Below are positions 57,235-64,000 of a DNA stretch of 64,000 nt, piece by piece (positions within the stretch are counted from its first letter, which is position 1; each line of letters begins with the position of its first letter). The notes beneath the pieces are model-generated. The model did not search any database and was not told the DNA's origin. It saw nothing but the letters and a program-made list of their open reading frames with translations. Location of the stretch: NCBI GenBank assembly GCA_048941285.1, contig JBHLNS010000002.1, positions 1-64,000 on the forward strand, given 5' to 3'. A program made the translations under genes and the position numbers. This stretch comes from Promethearchaeota archaeon. GTDB lineage: Archaea; Asgardarchaeota; Lokiarchaeia; Sigyniarchaeales; SOKP01.

Positions 57235-59220
57235 ATGGATGACTTTTTGAGAAAAATACAACTTTCAGAATATGCCATTGAAATCTATCTTAAAGCATTA
57301 GGAAAATTCTCCTATTCGTACTATGAGTTGTCTAATATTATACCTAAAGCATCCATAGAGCAATTTAATGATTCTTTAAAGGAACTTATAGATACTGGGT
57401 TATTAGTCCAATTACCATCTGGAAAAGATGATAGGGTAGTCCAATACTCTGTTTTACCTCCAATTCTCCCAATCTTGAATTATTATGAAAACATTAATGC
57501 TAATTTGCCAAACATTAAAAACTCAATTCAAGAATTAATGGTCAATTCAATTAATAAAATTTTTAAGGGGAATGATGCAGTAGAATTGGATAGTATACTA
57601 GAGACTTTTCAAGAGATTAAAAAAGATATCGATGAGGATTCCATTATCCAGAAACAAGAAGTTGAAGATATCGTAGCGGGAATGGAAGAATTAAAGCAAG
57701 TAAACAAAAAAATTACAGGGCTTCATCAAGATATAAAAGGTATAGTTCAAACTAAATTTGCAGATTTGATTAAAAATATTAATAATATTAAAACAACCTT
57801 AACTGAGAATATTAAAAAAAAGGAAATATTAACTCTTATCGAAGATTTATTCAAAGAAAAATATGATAACATAGTTTTAGATTTTACTACTAATCTAAAT
57901 GAATTAATCGAGAAAAAGTTTGATGAGAGCTTTAAACCAATAGAAAAAATTACTGAGACAATATTTCAATATAGAAACGATTTTAAAATGCTTCTATTGA
58001 ATATGTTAACTAATTTTGAGACTAATTTAAATAAAATTCATGAAGAACTTAAATATAATAATGATAATCTTTCTACTGCTATTATAAATGTTGAAAATAA
58101 AGTAATAGAGAGTTTGAATACGATAATTCAAAACTCTATTAATGAGGTTTCAGGCTTAAATAAACCAATTGAAGATGTGATGAAAAGTTATCTTCAAGAA
58201 ATAAGCCCGACTAAAACAGATCTCTCTAATTATGTTTGGATAATTCATAGTGTAATCAGAATTAACGAAACAATTCAAAACCTTATCTCAAATTCGAAAG
58301 AAAGTCTGACTATAATAATCCCTCATATAGAAAACCATATAGCACTCGAACAATTTGAAAACATTTCAAGTAATTTGAAAATAAGGCTAACTTCCTCAGA
58401 AGCACACACAAATAGTATTGTAAAAAGCTTTAAAAATATCACAAATGTTTTATACCGTAATTACCAAAACGAAAATTTGATAATTTTAAAAGCAGATGAT
58501 AAACAACTCTTTTTAGGAATAATTCAAGAGTCAAATAACTCATTAAATGATTTTATTGGAATTGGAACTAATTCCAGACCACTAATTAAGCAAATTGATC
58601 CTCTCATTAATAGTATTTGGGAAACAGCTTATTCAGACACTTTTCACGGGGTTCAAGTGGCAAAATCTGAATTTAGTAAAACAACACCTACTAAAACACT
58701 AACAACTGCTAAACCTATAATTAAAGAGGACTTTCAATCAGGTAAAATTGATAAAAGACCTATAATAATAGAAAAATACGATAAAGTAGCATCAGTTAAA
58801 GCCCCAAATCAAATCCAAGAAGTAGAAAGAGATGGTGATAGGGTGATGAAAAACCAATTAAAAGAAACTGTTAGTTCAATTACTCCAAAACCCCAATTGA
58901 AAGACTTAAAACAAAAATTAAAAGAAAAAATAGACTTTGTAACAGAAGCACAACCGAAAGCGAATGATAAAGCTGCTGTAGAAATTGATAGTGCTTTTAG
59001 AACGCTAATTATAAAATTGAATACCATTAAAGGCGATGAATTTAGCAAAGAATTGCAAAATATCGCTGATCTAATATTAGAGAAAAAAGGCTTTTCAGTA
59101 ACTTTACATAAAATAAGAAGTGTTATAAATCAGTTTAAAGATAAACTTAGTTTACTAGATGTAAATGATAAAAAAGACATTTTGGAATATATAGAAAATT
59201 GGAAGCAAAAATTGTTCTAA
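57235..59220 (+). CDS. TrmB-like protein: N-terminal wHTH, long coiled coil, PLD-like/TrmB effector-type domain
   Basis: LSEYAIEIYLKAL..LKELIDTGLL (TrmB-type wHTH); heptad-rich middle; WIIHS..IQNLISNSKESLTIIIP. Confidence 0.55.
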   Translation: MDDFLRKIQLSEYAIEIYLKALGKFSYSYYELSNIIPKASIEQFNDSLKELIDTGLLVQLPSGKDDRVVQYSVLPPILPILNYYENINANLPNIKNSIQELMVNSINKIFKGNDAVELDSILETFQEIKKDIDEDSIIQKQEVEDIVAGMEELKQVNKKITGLHQDIKGIVQTKFADLIKNINNIKTTLTENIKKKEILTLIEDLFKEKYDNIVLDFTTNLNELIEKKFDESFKPIEKITETIFQYRNDFKMLLLNMLTNFETNLNKIHEELKYNNDNLSTAIINVENKVIESLNTIIQNSINEVSGLNKPIEDVMKSYLQEISPTKTDLSNYVWIIHSVIRINETIQNLISNSKESLTIIIPHIENHIALEQFENISSNLKIRLTSSEAHTNSIVKSFKNITNVLYRNYQNENLIILKADDKQLFLGIIQESNNSLNDFIGIGTNSRPLIKQIDPLINSIWETAYSDTFHGVQVAKSEFSKTTPTKTLTTAKPIIKEDFQSGKIDKRPIIIEKYDKVASVKAPNQIQEVERDGDRVMKNQLKETVSSITPKPQLKDLKQKLKEKIDFVTEAQPKANDKAAVEIDSAFRTLIIKLNTIKGDEFSKELQNIADLILEKKGFSVTLHKIRSVINQFKDKLSLLDVNDKKDILEYIENWKQKLF

Positions 59221-59236
59221 AAAAATTCATAAGTTT

Positions 59237-60016
59237 TTACTGCACAGTAGTAAGATTCTTTTTCTTTGATATTTGATAGATATAAAAGCCTTTTATGATG
59301 AAGGATATTATTAATAAGAAAAATCCCAAAAAGATAATTGAACTGATAATTGATAACAAAAAATTGGGAGAACTAATACCTATTATACCAAAAGTGGGAC
59401 AAAGAGGTGCGATTATAAGGAAGAGAATATAAGTTCCTTTATCTTTTGCACCAAAACGAAGATAAGTAGTTATATTAAACCACCCAATTAAAATCATTAT
59501 GAAGGGGATTATAAATGAAGCTGCTATCAAAAGATTACCTATAGCCATAGAATAAAAATAATTAGCATAAAAATAAGTAATTAACAACAGTGCACTCACA
59601 GGAGTTGGTAATCCTGTGTATCCTAAACTCTCTATAATATTAAATCGTGCTAATCTAAGCATAGCCCCTAGAGTGTAACAAATTGCTCCAATTATAATAA
59701 AAATATCATAAATCGTATCAGTTTTGAAAGTTAAATATGTTAGAATTGCAGGGGTGACCCCAAATGTTAAAAAATCGCTTAAAGAGTCTAGTTCCTTACC
59801 CATTTCATTTATAGTTTTAGTTTTACGCGCAATATAACCATCAATCAAATCAGTACCTATCGAGATTGATATTAGAAAAAAACCTAATGAAAAAAACTCA
59901 ATAGTTCTAAAAAAAGCACATATTAGAGCAATAATTCCGAGAGAAGTTCCAACTAAAGTAATATAATCTTTTAATTTTAATATTTTTGGAATTTTGGATT
60001 CAGTAATATTGGACAT
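59237..60016 (-). CDS. pssA: CDP-alcohol phosphatidyltransferase, archaetidylserine/phosphatidylserine synthase type
   Basis: DLIDGYIARK...GKELDSLSDFLTFGVTPA, LRLARFN, GLPTP. Confidence 0.85.
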   Translation of the reverse strand: MSNITESKIPKILKLKDYITLVGTSLGIIALICAFFRTIEFFSLGFFLISISIGTDLIDGYIARKTKTINEMGKELDSLSDFLTFGVTPAILTYLTFKTDTIYDIFIIIGAICYTLGAMLRLARFNIIESLGYTGLPTPVSALLLITYFYANYFYSMAIGNLLIAASFIIPFIMILIGWFNITTYLRFGAKDKGTYILFLIIAPLCPTFGIIGISSPNFLLSIISSIIFLGFFLLIISFIIKGFYIYQISKKKNLTTVQ

Positions 60017-60169
60017 TCTGCTTGCCTATTTATTTTATATTAATAATAATTAACCCTTATTCCATTAAAACATTTTCATAAGGATATGATAACAAAATTG
60101 TTCACCCAAACTTTATAAAACTACATCAACATTCATTCCATAAAATAATTATTAAAAAAAAGAAAAAAA

Positions 60170-60883
60170 ATGCCATTATATTGTCCAAATTGTGGAGATG
60201 AAATTAAGGATGTATCCCAAAATTATTGCGAGAAATGTGGGTCTCCAATTCCTTCGAGTTTAAAATCAAAAGAAGGGACTACTTCACCTATAGTGCAAAA
60301 AACTTCAGTACCAGGAATAAGAAGTCAAGCTAAACCGGGAGGATTATTCGATATTAACAGAAATTATTATATTTTAAAGGAAAAATATTGGGATTGGGGT
60401 TCTGGTGATATTTTAGATGAGAATAATCAAATAATTGGAAAAATGAAAAGAGTCATATTAAGCATTAGAAGAAGAGTTGAGTTGCAAGAAGTTGATGGTA
60501 CTATAGCAGCTACAATCCATGCAAAAATAGTCTCCGCACGCGGAGCCCAAGATTTAAAAGATCCTCAAGGAAACTTAATAGCAAGGATTAAGAAAAAGAT
60601 ACTTACTTTTTTCAAGAATAAGTTCTTTTTAGAAGCACCTGATGGAACTCGATGGTATGAAGCTGTTGGTAATTTCTTTGGATTTAGCTTTAAAGTCTAT
60701 GATGTAACAACAGGTAATCTTATAGCAGAAATTGAAAAAGCTGACAGATGGAGAGATTTATTTCTTGGTGGATTATTAGATTTTAAAGATACTTATGCTT
60801 TAAAGATTCTTGACAATGAAACTGATAGAAGAATTTTAGTTGGATTTGTACTTTCAATTGACAATGTTCTTCATGATTATTAA
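60170..60883 (+). CDS. Zinc-ribbon + LURP-one-related/scramblase (tubby C-terminal-like) domain protein
   Basis: CPNCG..CEKCG; repeated beta units (DILDENNQIIGKMKR, VGNFFGFSFKV, DTYALKI) ending in a hydrophobic helix ILVGFVLSID. Confidence 0.75.
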   Translation: MPLYCPNCGDEIKDVSQNYCEKCGSPIPSSLKSKEGTTSPIVQKTSVPGIRSQAKPGGLFDINRNYYILKEKYWDWGSGDILDENNQIIGKMKRVILSIRRRVELQEVDGTIAATIHAKIVSARGAQDLKDPQGNLIARIKKKILTFFKNKFFLEAPDGTRWYEAVGNFFGFSFKVYDVTTGNLIAEIEKADRWRDLFLGGLLDFKDTYALKILDNETDRRILVGFVLSIDNVLHDY

Positions 60884-60893
60884 ATAAAACCTA

Positions 60894-60910
60894 TTTTTTT
60901 TTTCTATTTT
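60894..60910 (+). terminator. Oligo-T terminator
   Basis: T-rich run starting ~11 nt after the stop of 60170..60883. Confidence 0.45.
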
Positions 60911-61080
60911 ATAAAATTTAACTGCTAAAAAATAGCTTTATGTTTTTTAAAAAAAAAAATTTAAAACGCCTTAATTTATATTTTTTTTAAAATAAGTAAA
61001 TTTGAATGGAAATTTCAAATTTTTTTAGGAATTATTTATTAAACTTATATATAACTCAATATTGACACTACTGAAAGAAA

Positions 61081-62160
61081 ATGACTGAATTAGAAACTTT
61101 TATGGTTTATGAATTGGATGATTCTGGAGAAAAAATTAAATTAGATATAGAGGAAGATCAACTTCAGGAAACTTTGCATTCAGAACAAGTCTTAGTTATA
61201 ATCAGAGAAGATTTGCGGAGAATTTTCATCTGGAAAGGACCAAAATCACCCGTTCGAAAACGATTTATAAGTTCAAGAGTTGCCTCAGCTATTCAAGATG
61301 AATTAATGAAAGATTCTAGATATCATCGATGTAAAATAGTTTCTGTTGATGCAGGCGACGAGCCTACAGAATTCTTAAATGCGTTTAAAATAGAATCAAT
61401 GGAAGTTACTGAGCGACTAGAAGATATGCGTTATATTAGAAATATTGAACGAGAACGAGAAGTTCAAGCAACTATTACAGATATTACTCCAAAAGCAATT
61501 GAAACACAAGAAGAAGAATATTTTTCACCAGCATTACAAGATACTAATAATAAAGTAATAATTTCATCTTATGCTCAGAATATATCTCCACCAAAAACTA
61601 GTAGAACAATGGTAAAACCATATACGTTTAGCAAATCAGTAGGATTATCAGAAGAGCACGCCCAACAAATTAAAGATAAAATTTTAAAAACAAAAATTTC
61701 TAATGGTTATAAAAGAATAAACCTTATTTTAGGACATACCCTTTATGCTGCGGTTTCTAAATCTGCAAAAGTTTTTGGAAAAGATGTTGAAGACACTCAA
61801 TGGGAACCAGTGAAGAAGGTTCCAGAAGATATGATAGAATTAGAAAATCATTTATTAAGAGTCTATTTTGATGAAAACAAAGGAATTGTGGAAGCTGTGG
61901 AAGTATTAGAAAAGCCATCAACACCACTTGAAATAAATTTAATGAAGGAAACCTCGACCAGCTCCACAAAAAAGGTTGAAATTAGTGAAGAAATAATAGA
62001 TTTTCATTCAATGACAGTAAAAGACCTGAAAGCTTATGCTGAAGAGAAAAATATTGAAATATCTGCTCATTTGAGAAAGGCAGAAATAATAGAAATATTG
62101 GAAAAATATAAAGAAAAAAAACCAAGAAGAAAATTACCCGAGATTCCAAAATCTGATTGA
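61081..62160 (+). CDS. Asgard gelsolin-domain protein with C-terminal HeH/Rho-N-like motif
   Basis: LHSEQVLVII..RIFIWKGPKSPVRKRF..VDAGDEPTEFLNAF (gelsolin repeat); FHSMTVKDLKAYAEEKNIEISAHLRKAEIIEIL (HeH/Rho-N-like). Confidence 0.75.
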   Translation: MTELETFMVYELDDSGEKIKLDIEEDQLQETLHSEQVLVIIREDLRRIFIWKGPKSPVRKRFISSRVASAIQDELMKDSRYHRCKIVSVDAGDEPTEFLNAFKIESMEVTERLEDMRYIRNIEREREVQATITDITPKAIETQEEEYFSPALQDTNNKVIISSYAQNISPPKTSRTMVKPYTFSKSVGLSEEHAQQIKDKILKTKISNGYKRINLILGHTLYAAVSKSAKVFGKDVEDTQWEPVKKVPEDMIELENHLLRVYFDENKGIVEAVEVLEKPSTPLEINLMKETSTSSTKKVEISEEIIDFHSMTVKDLKAYAEEKNIEISAHLRKAEIIEILEKYKEKKPRRKLPEIPKSD

Positions 62161-62162
62161 AC

Positions 62163-62738
62163 TTATTCCTTCGTATCTTCTGATTTAGAATTATCTTCAT
62201 GAATTCCCCTGCTTTCTGGTTTTCCCTCATCCATTTCTTTTGGTTTGATCTTTTTTTTAATCTTTCTTAATCCTTCAATAGCTTCCTTTCGTACCAGTGC
62301 ACTTTCATCTTTTAGGGCTTTTGTTAATGCCTCTAGACTATATGGATGATGAATATCTCCCAGCTCATCTGCTGCCTCTTTCCTTACACTCTCATCTGGA
62401 TCATTTAATAAGACATATGTAAGAACTCCTAGAACACTCTTGTCTTCAAAGTCTCCTAATGTATCAACAGCCTCTTTTCTAACCTCAGGATCAGGATCAG
62501 ATACAGCGGTCATAGCTAATTGCTTTGAAATCTCGTCTTTTCCTATTGGTTCTATCTCACTTAAGTCAACTCCGCAATATTTACAGAAGTTATGGGTTAT
62601 TGTAATAGCGCGTCCACATGCAGGACAAATTCTATGGGTACTGAAGTCAATGAAATCTCTTTTAGGGCGATTAGATGCGTGTGTTACCTTATAAGGATTA
62701 AGGTTCGGATCTGGTCTAAAATTTTTATCCCTTCCCAT
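62163..62738 (-). CDS. Zinc-ribbon + HEAT-repeat protein
   Basis: CPACG..CKYCG; DPDPEVRKEAVDTLG, DPDESVRKEAADELG, DESALVRKEAIEGL. Confidence 0.85.
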   Translation of the reverse strand: MGRDKNFRPDPNLNPYKVTHASNRPKRDFIDFSTHRICPACGRAITITHNFCKYCGVDLSEIEPIGKDEISKQLAMTAVSDPDPEVRKEAVDTLGDFEDKSVLGVLTYVLLNDPDESVRKEAADELGDIHHPYSLEALTKALKDESALVRKEAIEGLRKIKKKIKPKEMDEGKPESRGIHEDNSKSEDTKE

Positions 62739-62846
62739 AATAATCTCAAGAAATTATTAATTCTATAGATGAATAATGTTGTTTTTCTTTTTAATTTTAA
62801 TTCAATAAAAATAAAATTGTTAAAATAAAGAGAAAGAGAAAATTTC

Positions 62847-63920
62847 TTATGCTATAGTAATATCTTTGCATAAATAGACATCTTGTACTGCATTCAAAAT
62901 TTTAATTCCTTCTACAGTCGGTTTTTTAAAAGCTTTTCTTCCTAATATTAACCCCATCCCTCCTGAACGTTTATTGATAACCGCAGCGGTTACGGAATCC
63001 TGTAAATCATTTCCTCCAGTTTCTCCTCCAGAATTTATAAGTCCAGCTCTCCCCATGAAACAATTTGCTACTTGGTAGCGATTCCATTCAATTGGGTGAT
63101 CTGTTGCTAACTTTTCATAAACCAGTTTATCTGTTTTACCAAATTTTAGATCAATAAAACCTCTACTAATTGTAGAAAGTTTTTGTTTTATAATATCTGC
63201 CTCAATAGTGACTCCAAGATAATTAGCTTGACTTTCTAAATCATTTGCGGTGTGATAATCTTTTCCATCTTTAATGAATTCTTCTTTATTCCTTAAATAA
63301 CACCAGAGTATACAGACCAATCCTAATTCATGAGCATATTTAAAAGATTCACTTATTTCTTGAATTTGGCGTCTTGATTCATTAGACCCGAAGTAAATTG
63401 TAGCTCCTACTGCTGCTGCTCCCATATCCCATGCTTGATCAACATTCGCAAATAGTGTTTGATCAGAAATTTCTGGTTTCGTTAAGAGCTCATTGTGATT
63501 TATTTTTACGATAAATGGGATTTTATGAGCATATCTCCTTGAAACAGAACCTAATATTCCAAGAGTTGACGCAACCGCATTACAACCCCCATTGATTGCT
63601 AATTTAATAATATTTTCTGGATCAAAATATGATGGGTTTACTGCAAAACTAGCAGAAGCTGTGTGCTCAATTCCTTGATCCACAGGTAATACTGAGAGAT
63701 AACCCGTTCCTGCTAACCTCCCAGTTTGATTAAATAATCGTTCCATATTATTCAACACTAAATTATTCCTATCAGTATGTACTATCACTCGTTCTATATA
63801 ATCAGGTCCAGGAGGGTGAATCATCTCCTTAGGTATTCCTTGACATATATGATTTAATAAATTTTCAGCATCAGTTCCCAATAGACTTTTTATTTCTTCA
63901 AAATTCATTTTAATCATCAA
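62847..63920 (-). CDS. fbaB: Class I fructose-bisphosphate aldolase (DhnA/FbaB type)
   Basis: [55 protein letters not shown]. Confidence 0.93.
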   Translation of the reverse strand: MMIKMNFEEIKSLLGTDAENLLNHICQGIPKEMIHPPGPDYIERVIVHTDRNNLVLNNMERLFNQTGRLAGTGYLSVLPVDQGIEHTASASFAVNPSYFDPENIIKLAINGGCNAVASTLGILGSVSRRYAHKIPFIVKINHNELLTKPEISDQTLFANVDQAWDMGAAAVGATIYFGSNESRRQIQEISESFKYAHELGLVCILWCYLRNKEEFIKDGKDYHTANDLESQANYLGVTIEADIIKQKLSTISRGFIDLKFGKTDKLVYEKLATDHPIEWNRYQVANCFMGRAGLINSGGETGGNDLQDSVTAAVINKRSGGMGLILGRKAFKKPTVEGIKILNAVQDVYLCKDITIA

Positions 63921-64000
63921 ATTTGCATTTAAATTTAAATTAATGAAGAAATAGGAGTGCTAAAATAAAATATTTTTCTTTTGGTTTCTGAGAAAAGAAA

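Noticed and set aside
27066-62694. Remaining short overlapping ORFs (e.g. 33748..34149, 46364..46693, 55958..56245, 62440..62694)
   Set aside because: Lie antisense or off-frame within well-supported genes.

Overview
AT-rich archaeal chromosomal segment whose gene content (gelsolin-domain protein, Cdc6/Orc1, XerA, archaeal-type RNase P RNA, NosD/Ig-repeat surface protein) points to an Asgard archaeon, most likely Lokiarchaeia (inference). Bases 1-25350 are one minus-strand ORF missed by the ORF track because it runs off the left edge: a >8450-aa surface protein with ~69 tandem 91-92-aa repeats showing recent duplication/gene conversion. Next come a wHTH gene, an unannotated RNase P RNA gene and ~37 kb of housekeeping/metabolic genes. 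The most striking signal is in purA: a 31-nt insertion (47957-47987) splits the catalytic Asp codon of the GDEGKG motif, adds an in-frame stop, and folds with its exon flanks into a bulge-helix-bulge/loop motif whose predicted endonuclease cuts fall exactly on the frame-restoring junctions. This is a candidate tRNA-endonuclease-type intron in an Asgard mRNA. Other points of interest: a tandem pair of vWA + PHD-like zinc-finger paralogs, a CxxC-less thioredoxin reductase paralog, a GIFT/IFT52-like protein, a scramblase-like gene divergent from pssA, and a gelsolin-HeH fusion. All calls were made by eye; no database searches were run.
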